A stretch of DNA of 64,000 bases from Octopus vulgaris (GCA_951406725.2 OX597832.1:59768001-59832000), one strand, 5' to 3'; counted from the first letter of the stretch, positions 27,176 through 41,378 are shown. The notes: a model not told the origin generated them from the sequence alone. Translations and numbers: made by a program.

Positions 27176-27228
<53 letters not shown>

Positions 27229-27242
27229 AGAAGTATACATTT

Positions 27243-27734
27243 ATACAAATTTATTACGTAAGATCTGTCGGGAAGCATGACGCTGCCATTGGGTTCGCTT
27301 CCACAAATAATTATTTTGCCGCTCTTCTTCAGTCGACTGATGTTAGGTGTATACGTGTGTATGCATCTGTATATGAATATGTGTGTTTGTATGAATGTGT
27401 GCGCATGCGTGTAGGTATCACCACAAACTGAACAGTTATTACAAGGGAGATAATCACTTTTTCGTGATATTTTCAATTATAAGGGAAACGATGAGTAGCG
27501 TTTGCATTCTGAATATTTGTTTCGCGCGTTTAATTCTTCTAGTCAGTTGTGATAACGTAAAGCGTTATTTCTTTCTTTTAAAAAATTGTCAGCATGACAT
27601 AACCTGGAACATGTCACTTAAAGAAACAATTTATGAATTTAGTTATTCCTTATAGATGGAAAATAATTACATTATGAAATAAATTTTTGAAAATACGTTT
27701 TTCTCCGTTTTTGTTTCTTCTCCCTGAAGTGTTA
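27243..27734 (+). repeat. Duplicated non-coding segment, copy 1 (paralog at 63461-63939)
   Basis: atacaaatttattacgtaagatctgtcgggaag...aattgtcagcatgacataacctgg is colinear and highly similar between the copies. Both end in cttctccctgaagtgtta. Confidence 0.9.
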
Positions 27735-27737
27735 GTA

Positions 27738-28598
27738 TTGGGTCATCCCTGTATAATGCGGTTTTTTTTCAATTTCATGAACGAAGAGTTAGAGGCAGAT
27801 AGGAGAAACTAGCTGCATCAACTTGCTATAAAAGAAGGTAGTACCTTGTGCTTATTCTTAGTGTAGTTCGATTTTAATAGTTATTGTTTCAAAGCTATAA
27901 TGGAAGTGACAAAGGAACATATTTAACATATTTTGCTCTATGAGTTCAATAAAGGCAACAACACAACGGAAAGACCGAGGACTATTAATGCAGTATATGA
28001 GAATCGGAAAACAAGCGTAAGTCAGTGTCAAGGATGGTTTCAGAAATTCCGAGCCGGAAACTACAGCCTAGAGGACGAGCCTCGTCCTGGAAGATCTGTA
28101 GAGCTCAACAAGGACGTTCTGCAAATCCTAGTGGGACAAAATCCCATCGTAACTGCTGAGGAACTAGCAGAGAAGCCTGGAGTTGGTCATTCAACCATTC
28201 ATCGATATCTGCGTGCCTTCAAAGAAGTTAGCAAAGTGGGTCAGTGGGTTCCTCACAAACTTTTCGAGTCTAATTGTGCGCAGAGAATGAATGTTAAGCG
28301 CCGCGAAGAGTGGGTAGAGAAGGGAAAAACACCAATACCCAGGCTAAAGATGGTTTTCACCCACGTAAGGTGCTGTTATCTGTTTGCTGAGATATGAAAG
28401 GTTTAGTCCACTTTATAGAAAGTTGATGCAGGTAGCTTGTTCTGTCCGCGTCCAGCATTTAATTCGTGCAAATAAAAAAAGAGCATTATTTAAGGGATGA
28501 CCCAATACTAGCTCTTGAGAGAGAAGAAAAAAATGAAGAAAAACTTAGTTCATCATTCGAGTTAAAAGCAGTTTTGTATTATTTATGGGATGACCCAA
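27738..28598 (+). mobile_element. Internally deleted mariner transposon with transposase pseudogene (27900-28410)
   Basis: TA|ttgggtcatccc TIR at 27738, with complementary gggatgacccaa ending at 28505 and again at 28598. The ORF has the HTH region (WFQKFRAGNYSLEDEPRPGR) and WVPHKL. The catalytic domain is mostly deleted. Confidence 0.92.
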
Positions 28599-28626
28599 TG
28601 GATATATATATACATACATACATACA

Positions 28627-28662
<36 letters not shown>

Positions 28663-28708
28663 TGTATATGTATATGTATGTATGTTGTATGTTTGTATTT
28701 ATGTATTA

Positions 28709-29015
28709 CTAGCAGTATCGCCCGGCGTTGCTCAGGGTTTGTAAGGGAAATAACTATATAAGCATTTTTAGAGAGTTACTTCCCTTATATAAAACCGAGC
28801 GAAAAATGGATTAAAAATGGGGGAAAATGATGGTATTTTTTTTTTAAATCGTAGACTTATCGTAGACGCGCGCTAATACCAAGAAGGGGCTCGATATGAA
28901 TCACGACTATAAGATACCCGCTTTTGGATAAACTGCACCGCAAAATGTGGGAGTAGTTAGGAATCTAAATCGGAGTAGACAGACACACACACAACTACAA
29001 TTTTATATATAAAGA
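28709..29015 (-). mobile_element. Non-autonomous Helitron (~307 bp)
   Basis: Minus strand reads A|TCtttatatataaaa...ccctgagcaacgccgggcgatactgCTAG|T: 5' TC, subterminal GC-rich hairpin, 3' CTAG, inserted between A and T. Confidence 0.85.
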
Positions 29016-29027
29016 TGTGTGTAACTG

Positions 29028-29052
<25 letters not shown>

Positions 29053-29058
<6 letters not shown>

Positions 29059-29550
29059 CAAAATGGGACAAGAACACAAAACATCCAGACAGTTAGGTGA
29101 TACAAGAGAGGGACAACAAAACACCCAGATAGACGATACAAAGACAATAAAGTCGGGTCATTCGGAGTTTTCTTTCCTCAGTCGTGTTCCAGATTATCTT
29201 TGTAATTTCGGCTGGTTATACTCGAGATTGTTCTTATCTGGCCAGTCGAAAGCAAAAACGAAGCTAAGCGCATTAGATCCCTTGGCAGAAAGCAGCGAAT
29301 GTATACGAAAACAAGGACAGAAAAAACGGAGAAAGTTACACAAATACAAATAACAGGACATAACAACAGGTGTCTTTCCACTAAGGACAATGTAAATTAA
29401 GCTGGCGTGTGTGGAAGTAAAGCCTTACGGCAGGTATACAAGGTTTCACGGGCACAGGGAAGAATATAGATGTTGCACGGATAACGGCCGAACCAAGAAA
29501 GATTGATCAGGCATGGCCGAACACCGATCACGTGGGGGAGAAAAGTGAGA
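29053..29550 (-). mobile_element. pLTR-like repeat abutting (TA)n
   Basis: Related to 15797-15930. Strand-biased composition, and contains GAAA-N24-CTGAGGA on the minus strand. Confidence 0.5.
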
Positions 29551-30231
29551 GATAAGTACTGTGATCGATTCGTTCGACTAAAATTCTTGAAAGCTGTGCT
29601 CCAGCAAGGCCGTTGTTTTAGGACTGTAACAAGTAAAAGTTAAGAAATAAAAGATAGCATTAATAAAAGTTGAGTCGTATTGTGAACTGGTTGTTACCAC
29701 GATTAAAGACAACATATTTTGTAGTATTGCATTTGCATTTCATATTACCGGACGCCATCTTTCATTTATCATCTCAGCGAATGTGTCCAGAGATAGATTC
29801 ATAACCGCAACACACACACATCTTTTCAATTTACCTTCCGGCTGAAATATCGCCTTGGCATTCTTCTGCGAGTGAAATTCCTTCTTGTCATTAAAGAACT
29901 TAATAATCGCATCGCTATTTCTTAAACTTCAATACATAATGCTACACAGCTTGGCAGAGATTCGACAATTTGGCACGAGAAAATCGGTTTTTATATGCAC
30001 TGCTAATCTTTAAGTATTTATTTATTTTTCAGCAAATTGAGATAAAATATAATTGATTTCAAGAATTATACACTCGCTGAGTGTATAATTTAATACATGA
30101 TTAGTTCGTGGTAGAAAGAGAGGGAAAGAAAGAGAGAGTGTTCCCTTAGTTGAATACATTGACAGTGGCAAAACAGCGAACCCATAAACGAGATGTTTCA
30201 TAGTATTTATTGCTCAATTTTAACATACGTA

Positions 30232-30291
<60 letters not shown>

Positions 30292-30354
30292 CATGTATGT
30301 ATGTATATATATATCATATACGCACACATACATATCAATCAACATATGTTTATA

Positions 30355-30402
<48 letters not shown>

Positions 30403-31442
30403 ATGTATGTATATATGTGCATAAATACATGCATGTGTGTGGGTGTTGTATACTTTTCGATTTAATTCACAATATCAGTATTAAACGTAAAAATGTTTCA
30501 ATATAAAATTGGACACAAAATTGAATTTTGTAAAATTGCTTTTCATGAGAAATTAAATAATTTAGATCGAAGCAGTTCAATGAATCAATGCCATTCCATG
30601 CTGGACTCTTTCACAGAAAGTGTTTATTCAATACTGACCCAATTTAACATATATCTCAGCATCTATATTCTGATGACCTCTAGGTCACCAGAAATACGTG
30701 AGGTTTAATAACAGCCACGGAACTGAATATGAATATTTCTTAACATATTTTCTTTACTACTTTATGTCCAAGAGTTATTTTAGATGTCAGAAGTTTTAGT
30801 CCAAAACATTAATATTGATCATAGAGCATTCAATTAAAGTTATATGTTTAGGAATGCTTATAAGAAAACAAATGCATTAAATATAGTATGTACGACACGT
30901 ATATATATACACGTATATGTATACCAGTATATGTGTATATGTATACCTATATATACATACATCCATACATACAGACACATATTTATATACGTTTGTATAT
31001 GTTAGCATTTTTCTCTATTTAATTTTGATTCAATTTTCACAGAGCAACTACTTGTTAGCAAGATTGTGAAGAATGGTGTCTTGTTTTGTTCATCATTCTT
31101 CGAAGTTTAATAAGGTCTTGCAGATCTTTATTATTCCAGCTATCGTGATTGTTGGTTGTATGTATGTATGTATGTATGTATGTATGCATGTACGTATGTA
31201 TGTATGTATGTATGTATGTATGTATGTATGTATGTATGTATGTATGTATGTATGTATGTATGTATGTATGAATGTATGTATGTATGCATGTATGTATGTA
31301 TATATGTATGTATGTTTGTATGTATGTTTGTATGTATGCACGTATGCAAATATGCATGTATGTATATATGTATGTATGCATGCATGTACATATGTATATA
31401 TGTATGTATGCATGTATGTATGTATATATATATATATGTATG

Positions 31443-31481
<39 letters not shown>

Positions 31482-31679
31482 GTATGCACGTATGCATGTA
31501 TGCATGCATGCATGTATGTATATATGTATGTATGCATGTATGTACATATGTATATATGTATGTATGCATGTATGTATGAATGTATGTATGTTTGCAAGCA
31601 TGTATGTATGTATATATATATGTATATATGTATGTATGTATATATGAGTGTATGTATGCATGTATGCATGTATAGATGT

Positions 31680-31915
31680 ATCTTTCATCTTTAATCTTTC
31701 ATTCGTTTCACTCATTAGACTGCGACCATGCTGGAACACCGTCTTGAAAAGTTTCAGTCGAAAGAATGAGTCTCATTATTTATTTTTAATACTTAATACG
31801 CCTTGTATTTATGTAACTGGTCCCTTTAGCCGAACTGCTAGGTTACAGGGACATAAGTACACCATCAATGGCTGCCAATCGGTGGCGGGAGACAAATACA
31901 GGCACAAAGACACAC
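31680..31915 (-). mobile_element. SINE family B, 3' half (diverged)
   Basis: cattagactgcgaccatgctggaacacc...gccgaactgctaggttacagggac...gacaaa. Confidence 0.75.
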
Positions 31916-32018
31916 ACATACGCACATACATACATACATACATACATACATACATACATACATACATACATACATACATACATACATACATACATACATA
32001 CATACATACATACATACA

Positions 32019-32052
<34 letters not shown>

Positions 32053-32382
32053 CATACATCCAGAAAGCACACGTACACATATACGCACAAGATAATACAC
32101 GTGCCCAAAGTATAGATATCCCCAAATACATACTTACACAAACACGCTCTCACATAAACATACACACACATTTGTACACAAACATAGTATACATACATAC
32201 AGGAACAAACACAGATATATACGTATAAACACATATGGGAAGCTAAGTAATGAAGGGAACGCTAACATTTGAAAATGCCGTTAATTAAATATACTTAAAA
32301 GGGTGAGAGAAGAAAAGTAAGATTAAAAAATAAAGAAAAGATAATTTGCACCAATAATTATTAGGTATGGGGTAGATACTAT

Positions 32383-32912
32383 TTAAAAAAAACCGAAAGA
32401 GTGTCTTTTCCAATGTGAACACCTGTAAAGTCGCTCCGTAAAAGTGTTCACCTGTTTATGTTTGGAAAAGAGCATAGAAAATTGCTCTTCCGTACAGAGA
32501 GGACAAAAAGATTTCCTTTTTTCATAGAGGAATGATCTAGATAAAATTTTCCAGTCTATAGGAAAAAGTCTGTTAGAGTCATTAAGGTGCCAGATCAGTT
32601 TGCTACATCCGGTAGAATTACGCTTACGATTGTATTTGAAGGTAGAAAAGTGGTTCGCCAGTCTGGATTTCAAATCCGGGGAAGGTAATCTAGTATAGAA
32701 AAGTTTCTTGGTTTCAGAGATAATCTTTCATTGGTACACGGCATTTTTGTAAAACGGTAATTTCCATTCAGGGGACAGGTTTTACTTGGGCCGCAGTTGC
32801 AAGGCCTAATATCATTGATATTATTATTTAAGGAGACCTTCCTCCATATTAAGATATTAGGATATTTTCCTATTTTTCTTAACATGAAAACAGCGGTAGC
32901 CTTAATTCTCAA
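32383..32912 (-). pseudogene. Penelope-like element GIY-YIG endonuclease remnant
   Basis: ORFs 32670-32912 (PCNCGPSKTCPLNGN) and 32383-32673 (KSRLANHFSTFKY..RNST..SKLIWHL...WKIL....Y.....CPLCTEE...RCSH) carry the CNC/CPL linker and C-terminal motifs of PLE endonucleases. Frameshifted. Confidence 0.85.
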
Positions 32913-33116
32913 ATAAATAAGTTATATCCACCAATGCGGTGTGGAGCACTCATTTTCATCGTTCGACATTTACGTATACGCAACTAAATATACATATATA
33001 AATGTGTATATGTATACCAATATATATGTATATATATATGCATATATAAATACATATATCATATATATATATAATACATATGTATGCATGCGTGTATATA
33101 TATGTATATATTTGTA

Positions 33117-33164
<48 letters not shown>

Positions 33165-33442
33165 AGTGTTTGTATATATATGTATATATATACACATATA
33201 TACACATATATATATATACTATATATGTGTATATCCATCTAACTATTTGTCTCTATCTATCTATCAATCAAACTTTTTCTTTCTCTCTCTCTTTCTTTCT
33301 CTCTCTCTCTCTCTTCCTCTCTCTCTCTCTCTCTCTGTATATCTATATATATATATATATATATGTGTGCGTGTGTGTGTGTATATATGTGTGTGTGTGT
33401 GTATGTATTACACACACACTCACAGAGCAGTAGTAAGAGAGA

Positions 33443-33481
<39 letters not shown>

Positions 33482-33484
33482 GGA

Positions 33485-33517
<33 letters not shown>

Positions 33518-34050
33518 AAAGTTATTTTGAAAGCAATGCTTATTTTAGAGAAATGCTTGCTAAGTGGCCAATAGCGTGAATATGCCGTCTTCATCTGCTG
33601 CTGTCGCAGTACCGAAATGCCCTCTATTTTGTTTTCTTTCATTCGCGTGTTATATTACAATGTGCTTGGAACATGCAATTGACGAATGCTTTTACTCTCC
33701 AAGAATACAATCCATACCAATATTGAGAGAAAAACACAAGATTCTTCAGCCGCAAGGCCGACACCTGATCCATTGAAACGTTTCAATTCTTTGCAAATAA
33801 AATGATAGGAACATGCTATTAGATGTTGATAGCATAGCATCTCCTAATTAGAGAATGTAGAAGTATTCTAAAGAGGGAACAAGATCTTAGAGCAATGCGT
33901 AGAACACCGTTAGAGTACGATGCAAACTTAGAAGAAAATAGCCTGTGGGTGGTTTTTAATATCACTAGAAAAAATAGACGGAATACTAAATAACTTGTCA
34001 TACGTGTCTGTTTGTATGTATGCATGTATGTATGTATATATGTAAGTATA

Positions 34051-34943
34051 CATGGTGTGATGGACAAATTGGCACGATTTTATATTTTAAATTTTACGCA
34101 TGCGCCTTGTGTGATTTTGATTGTGTGAACTACACAATGTAGTAGGGTCAGTTGGGCACCGTCTGTGACAAAAATAGCACCATGACGCAATTCACTCTGC
34201 CAGCAATTTCGAAACGACATGCTGTATTGCTTGATTTTCGCGCTGGAAGCTCCAATACGATCATTTCAGAGTGTTTGGGTATCAATCTGAGGACGGTGTA
34301 GAGGATTCGGAAAGAGTTGGAAAACTCACTGAGGTTATTCTGATAAGAAAACAACTGAATTTGTTGGTAAGGTCCGGGCCATGATTGACAACGATCCCTC
34401 CAAGTCAATCAGGTCCTTCACCAGGGACATGGGAATGTCTGAGTTTCTTATCGGGAAATGAAGTGCATGAAGACCTTCGGTATTTCTCATACAAGATCGG
34501 AAAGGACCAATTTTTATGCCAAGCCATTAAGGACAAGAGGAAAGCCCGCGCTACGAAGCTTGTGAACAAACTCATGTATTCCCTGCAACCGAACATGCTT
34601 TGGTGTTTTCAGACGAAAAAAATTCTGCTAGGATGGGATGGTGAACACACAGAACAAGCGTTGGCTTGTTGTGTCTTCACAACATGTACATAGAGTGATA
34701 AAAATCTAACATTCAGTCAACATCATGGTGTTTGAAGTGATCACTGACGACGGCAAGATTATGCCGTCATTCATCTTCCCACACGACCTTAAACTCAACA
34801 TGGAAGCCTGCATCAAGTGCTTGGAGGACGTAGTGCTGCCCTGGGCCCAGAGGGGTGCCATTGGAAGACCTTATGTCTGGCAAAAGGACTCTGCACTATG
34901 TCACACAAGCGGGAGAACCCAGTATTGGCTGTCAAACAATTTC
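34051..34943 (+). mobile_element. Tc1/mariner-superfamily relic, maT (DD37D)-like, 3' truncated
   Basis: Starts after TA with catggtgtgatggacaaatt. A broken ORF from ATG 34182 gives DPSKSIR...VHEDLRYFSYK...FSDEK...MVFEVITDDGKIMPSFIF...YVWQKDSALCHTS..TQYWL. The third catalytic residue is not present, so the subfamily is inferred. Confidence 0.8.
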
Positions 34944-35119
34944 GGGTTAAATACTCTAGTTATCACATTGTGATAACTAAAGATACCTATCCAGTTTTCT
35001 TGGAATATTAGAATCACAGGAACCCCACTTAAAGTAGCATAGCCATAGTCTATATATAATAGAATATTTATACGATATGTATCACTGTAATAAGCGGGCG
35101 AACGATATGATATATATAT

Positions 35120-35428
35120 CACCGTGATCACCGTGACCGACCAGGCTATCAGATGTTGCTACACATCGCTGGTTACAATGCGCTTCGCATTGTTTTAGTC
35201 TTCAAATGACACCACCCCGCTGGCTAAGCGAGCAGGCCAACAGAAGAAAAAGTGAGAGAAAGTTGTGGCGAAAGAGTACAGCAGGGATCACCACCACCCT
35301 TTGCCGGAGCGTCGTGGTGCTTTAGGTGCTTTCGCTCAATAAACACTCACAACACCCGGTATGGGAATCGAAACCGCGATCCTACGACCGCGAGTCCGCT
35401 GCCCTAAACACTGGGCCATTGCGCCTCC
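35120..35428 (-). mobile_element. SINE family C with a well-preserved tRNA-like head
   Basis: Minus strand begins ggaggcgcaaTGGCCCAGTGTTTAGGgcagcggactcgcggtcgtaggatcgcGGTTTCGATTCCc (A and B boxes) and ends in short cggtca/cggtga repeats. Flanked by (TA)n. Confidence 0.8.
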
Positions 35429-35429
35429 A

Positions 35430-35538
<109 letters not shown>

Positions 35539-35959
35539 CTACACAAAATAACAGTTTAAATAACTTCAAAACACTCAGACAGTCTAGTTTTGGCGCTCGA
35601 GTTCTAATTTGCTTGGCATTTAAGTTCAAGCAGTCTCTAACGATTGCTAAATATATTTAAGATACGCGTATATAATCAAGAAACGTTAAATATGATAGTT
35701 TTCCGTGTCCGCAAGTTTATGTTCGCTCCTCTTAATAAAATAATCAGTCAGTATTATAAATTGATTGATTCATCAAATACACTCTTTAATCAGACGTAGA
35801 TTAGTCATTAGAGCCGATCCGTTTCTTTAATCAAATGAATCTGCATAAATTAAGTAGACGGAATCTATATTCTAGCATTTTGTAGACGCGAATTAGAGAT
35901 CGATCAAAATCGCGGAGAAGGGGAATAAATATGTCAAAGTCATTTAGTGAGATGGCATC

Positions 35960-36648
35960 TTTTATCTTTTAATTGGTTCAGTCGTAGGACTGCGGCCATG
36001 CTGGGGCACTGCCTGGCGACATTTTTAGGGGGAATAGATCGAAATCGGTATTAATTTTTGGTTTTCGCCTGGTACATATTTAATCGGTAGCTTTTGCCAA
36101 ACCACCACTAAGTTACAGGGATGTAAACGCACCAACACCGGTCGTCAAGAAGTGTGAGGGACAAACACAGACACACACACACACACATACACACATATAT
36201 GTATATTGAGTGTGTGTATGTGTTTGTGTGTATGCTTGTGTGTATGTGTCTGTACTGAACCCGGAACCATACGATTGGAAAGCAAGTGTTTTACTCCACA
36301 ACCACCCCTGCGCCTACCCACACAGCCACGCCTTGCGCCTACATACACATTTAAATTCTTTTCTACTCTAGGCGCAAGGCCAGAAATTGGGGGAGGGGTC
36401 AGTCGATTAGATCGACCCCAGTTTGCAACTGGTAATTAATTTATCGACGCCGAAGGAATGAAAGCCAAAGTAGACCTCAGCGGGTTTTGAACTCAGAACG
36501 TAAAGACAAATTCCACCAAGGTCGACTTTGCCATTCCATTCACCCTCTCGGAATCCATAAATTGAATACCAGTTGCGTACTGGGATCGATCTTATAGACT
36601 GGCCCCTCCCCCAAAAATTTCGGGCCTTGTCCCTAGAGTAGGAAAAAT
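35960..36648. mobile_element. SINE B (35960-36341, minus) followed by an inverted pair of SINE A 3' halves (36355-36507 minus, 36508-36648 plus)
   Basis: Family-diagnostic blocks are present. ttctactctaggcgcaaggcc and ggccttgtccctagagtagga are mutually inverted tails. Confidence 0.75.
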
Positions 36649-37336
36649 TAACATGTATATGCATATTGATATTATGTTTTTGGCTTTGTTAGTAAGAATT
36701 ATTCATAGATGTGGTTTCAAATCTTATTGACACCGTCTTTTCTATTATCTGTCAGCTTTCGATAAAAAAGACTGACAGTCATGTACTGTCGACATAACAG
36801 AACGTCTGCAGTCCGATGACTGAAGGAATTAAAGGAATAGGTATGTCATTATTCAGTTTTATTTCAAGATTTCTTGCAAATAAAGAAAGAACCGGTTTCT
36901 AACCTACATCCAAGATTCCTTCATTGGAATTTCAACATCAACAACAGGTTATTTTTGTATGTATGTATGTATGTATGTATGTATGTATGTATGTATGTAT
37001 GTATGTACGCATGCATGCATGTATATATGTATGTATGTGCAGATTTGTATGTTTTATGTATTTTGAACTTGACAAAAGTCATGAGTATTTTTACTGCTCC
37101 GCTTACAGATTTTATTTGTTATGCGTTTGTAAGCTGGTCGATATCTTTTTTCTGAAAATCCTAGCTTATTCACACTGCCAATTAGGCACTTACCGATAAA
37201 ATTAAGAGTACAAATTACTATTGGTATCAACGTGAATATATAATTTGGATATAGAAACTGAAGGTCTTCTGTAGTTATCTTTCTGATTCTCGGAGCGATA
37301 TTCTCATCAGCAGGGAAGCTGACTTCTAGGACAATA

Positions 37337-37697
37337 TCCTTTTTACTCTTTTACTTGTTTCAGTCATTTGACTGTGGCCATGCTGGAGTACCGCCTTTAG
37401 TCGTGCAAATCGACCCCAGGACTTATTCTTTGTAAGCCTAGTACTTATTCTACCGGTCCCTTTTGCCGAACTGCTAAGCTACAGGGACGTAAACACACCA
37501 GCATCGGTTGTCAAGCGATGTTGGAGGGACAAACACAGACACACAAACACATACACACACATACATATATACGATAGGCTTCTTTCAGTTTCCGTCTACC
37601 AAAACCACTCACAAGACTCGCTCAAAGTGCCACGCAGTGGGACTGAATCCAGAACCATGTGTTTCGTAAGCAAGCTACTTACCACACAGCCACTCCA
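37337..37697 (-). mobile_element. SINE family B
   Basis: Reverse complement of the family B head-to-tail consensus with one internal deletion. Confidence 0.88.
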
Positions 37698-38480
37698 AAC
37701 AACTATATTTAGGCTATTATATTTACAGTATGTATGTTTGTAAGTATGCGCAACTATTTGGAGAATGGCGGTTACAAAGGGGAACAATCATTTGTATTGT
37801 CGTTATACCCATAACGATCAATAATACTTTCATTTCGTCGTTAATAACTGCAGGAAAATAAAGTGTCAAAACAAGGAATTAGACCGACAATTGAACTGAC
37901 TTGCCGAGAACATAACAAGATTTATAGGTCATCTAATGACTGAGTTGCCCTTTTGTGGAAAATGTTGTACTTAAATATGGAGCGAGGGGAGCTGGTGAAG
38001 TAATACAAACGGAAGAGATTTTTTTATATATGTTTTAATATTTACTTCCGGGTCTCTGCGTTTCATGTTCATGGTTTCCTCGTGGTTTCGGTTTTGCTAT
38101 CTTGTTATTTTTTTATTATTTTTTTTTATTTCTAATGTTTCAATAATAATGATACTAATAATACTATCAAATTTTGGCACCGGTGCAGCAATTTTGAGGG
38201 TTAGGAGAAGGCAATTACATCGACCCCAGTTCTAGACTGGTTCTTATTTTAAGGGCTCACGATAGGAGGAAAGGCAAATTTGGTGTATTTCATTAACTCT
38301 TTCCCTCTGATTTGTGGCCCGCGAGTTAAATTTGAAATTATGAACACTTTAAGCTTTCCTCCGTTCCGCTTAACTTGTTTGTAAAATTGGTTACTAAATG
38401 CTTTTTCGTTTTTGGAGATATGCGTGGTCCCTGTCCAAAGTGGATGCGTAAATTCGTGAAGCATCCCACAGGCTTTTGCA

Positions 38481-38644
38481 GGCGCAGGCGTGGCTGTGTG
38501 GCGAGAAAGTTGCCTCACAACAATGCGGTTCTAGGTTGAGTCCCTTTGAATCGCAGCTTTGACAAGTGCTACTATAGCCTCCGGCCGACCAATCCCTTGT
38601 GAGCGGACTTGGTAGAGGGAAACTGAAAGAAGCCCGTCGTTTGC

Positions 38645-38701
<57 letters not shown>

Positions 38702-38770
38702 TATATATACATATATATATATATATGCATATATATACACATATATACATATATACACATTTATATATAA

Positions 38771-38825
<55 letters not shown>

Positions 38826-38867
38826 TATATACATATATATGTACAAACATATATATACATATATACA

Positions 38868-38918
<51 letters not shown>

Positions 38919-39457
38919 GTCCTGGCTACCTTCAAGTAGAGACGGCACTTTCTGTTGCTCTTTGCCGTTCTCAAAAAATAGCGTTCGTAAAATTTTTTAT
39001 CTCGTTCGGCTTAACAGCCCTTCTTGTTTGTGTTACTGTTATTCTCCTTATCCTGTCTTTTACTGTTAATATTTTGTACTGTCGTTACTGCCCTGTTTTT
39101 GTTATCATTTTTACCCCTCCGCAAAAAAATCTCAAATTTTATTTAATTTGATTTTCGCGGGAAGGATTGTTTCATTAAAGTCATGTATAGCCTTGACCTT
39201 CGAAACGTGGAGTAAATGAAACAAAGGCGACTGAAGAAGGGGAATTTTCCTTGTTTTGTATGTCCTGTACTCTATTTTTTCGTTGTTTAAGAAAAATGTC
39301 CATTTCCTTGGTTTTGTGTTTATGTTTTCGTTTCTCATTGTGCTCGACGTATTTTTGGTGTCCTGTACCCATATATGCATGTATATATACATGTAGAGGT
39401 AGGTACGTACATATATGTATGGATATATGCATATGTTTTATTTATTTATTAATTTTT

Positions 39458-39512
<55 letters not shown>

Positions 39513-39634
39513 GTATATATATGTATATGTATATATATATATGTATATATGTATACATATATATATATATGTATATATATATATACATATATATATATAC
39601 ATACATATATATATATATGTATATATATATATAC

Positions 39635-39707
<73 letters not shown>

Positions 39708-39930
39708 AATATATATGCATATATTTATCTGTGTGTGTGTGTGTCTGTCTTTGTGTTTGTCTTCCACCATCGCTAGACAACTTAACGGTTCGACAAATGT
39801 CTCCGATAGAATATGTACCAGGCTTAAAAATTATAAAAGTAATGGGGCCAATTCTTTTGATTAAAAATACTCCAAGGCGATGTCCCAGCATGACCGAAGT
39901 TTTTTGACTGAAACAAATAAAAGATAAAAG
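38481..39930 (+). mobile_element. SINE B whose internal (TA)n is expanded and hosts a pLTR-like insertion (38916-39460)
   Basis: 5' half at 38481-38640 and 3' half at 39730-39930. The intervening element is homologous to 19640-19838. Confidence 0.75.
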
Positions 39931-40444
39931 ATTCATTAAAAATTTTTTTTTTCTTTGTTAGGTTTTGAAATGTCTGTAAAATTGAAAAGGAGGAGTTTTG
40001 TGATTTAAATTAACCCAAACCTATGTTTAGTCCTTGTTTATTGATCCTAGAACGATGAAAAACACAAGTTGTAAACCCATCTTGTGGGATTTCAATTCAA
40101 ATAAAAATAAAGTGTTTGAAATTTAAATTGTAAGAATTAATTTAAATTATTTCCTGAAAGTATTAAAGAAATTTTTGGAGGTTTTTCCATTTTATTTTTC
40201 TTGTTTTCTCATTTATGCAGTCACAGAATGCTTATTTCTTCGTCTCTCATGTCCTTTTGTCTTGATGCCATTTGACCAATTCTGAGAAAATGCTTTGCAA
40301 ATTTAACAAATTAAAAATTTACAAGAAACGGAATACAATAAATTAATAAAATCAAATAAATTAAAATAAAATAAAATAAAATAAATTGCTTGCCCCTCTC
40401 CACACACACATACACGTACACACACACACATACACACACACACA

Positions 40445-40519
<75 letters not shown>

Positions 40520-40995
40520 CTATAGGTCTGAAATTAATATTCCCAACACAACAGCTCCTCCGTCGACAACGCTCATTATTTCAATTAGATAATATACTAA
40601 CAGCGCTGGCAAATTACTTCGTGTCGGTATTTGGCTTTCCTTTTCTCTTAGAAGTAATCCTGGAGGTAATGGGGAGAGTCGTGAAGGTCGTGGGGGAGAG
40701 TTTGTGGTGGTGGTGGTGGTGGTGGTGCTGCTGCTGTTGGTAATGGTCGTTGTGGTGGTCGTCGTAATTTACGAGTGGTGTTGATAGTAATAGCAGTGGT
40801 TGTTCTAGTGGTAGTGGTTTTGGAGATAGTGGTAGCAGTGGTGGTGGTAGTAGTAGTAGGTGTTGCGGTGATAGTAGTGGTAGTAATTGGGTAGTGTTGG
40901 TAGTGGTGGTGGTAGAAATTGAAGTAGTAGTAGTAGTAGTGGTGGTGGTGGTTTGGGAGATGGTGGTAGTATACTACTACTACTACTACTACTAC

Positions 40996-41035
<40 letters not shown>

Positions 41036-41378
41036 TGTAGTTGTAGTAGCAGCAGCAGCAGTAGTAGTAGTAGTAATGGTGATAGTTGTAGTAGTTGAAA
41101 TGGTGGTGGTTGTAGTAGAAGTGGTAGACAGTTATGGCGATGGTTGTGATGGATAAGGATAACGATAAAAGAACCACCAAACTCCGCCAGTAAAGAAAAT
41201 AACCCTTTATGTTTGTTTGTTTTTTTTTTTGCTATTTTAATCAATATTTGTAATAGGTTCCGGTAGGGGCTTCAGGCTTTCCCATCCTTCACCCGCCTCC
41301 CCCACCACATATACATATCCCATTGCAACATGGGATATACTTGTGTGTGTGTGAGTATGCCTGCTTTTGCGTGTATGC

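Noticed and set aside
27933-28397. Intact or domesticated mariner transposase gene
   Set aside because: A stop near the N-terminus, internal deletions and a frameshift remove the catalytic DDD domain.
29750-29930. YY1-like motif and minus-strand donor with a short open frame (SLRNSDAIIKFFNDKKEFHSQ...)
   Set aside because: There is an upstream in-frame stop, no good acceptor and no recognisable domain, which is insufficient to call an exon.
35355-35428. Possible tRNA gene
   Set aside because: A and B boxes are present but the acceptor stem is not complementary and the sequence continues into a SINE body.
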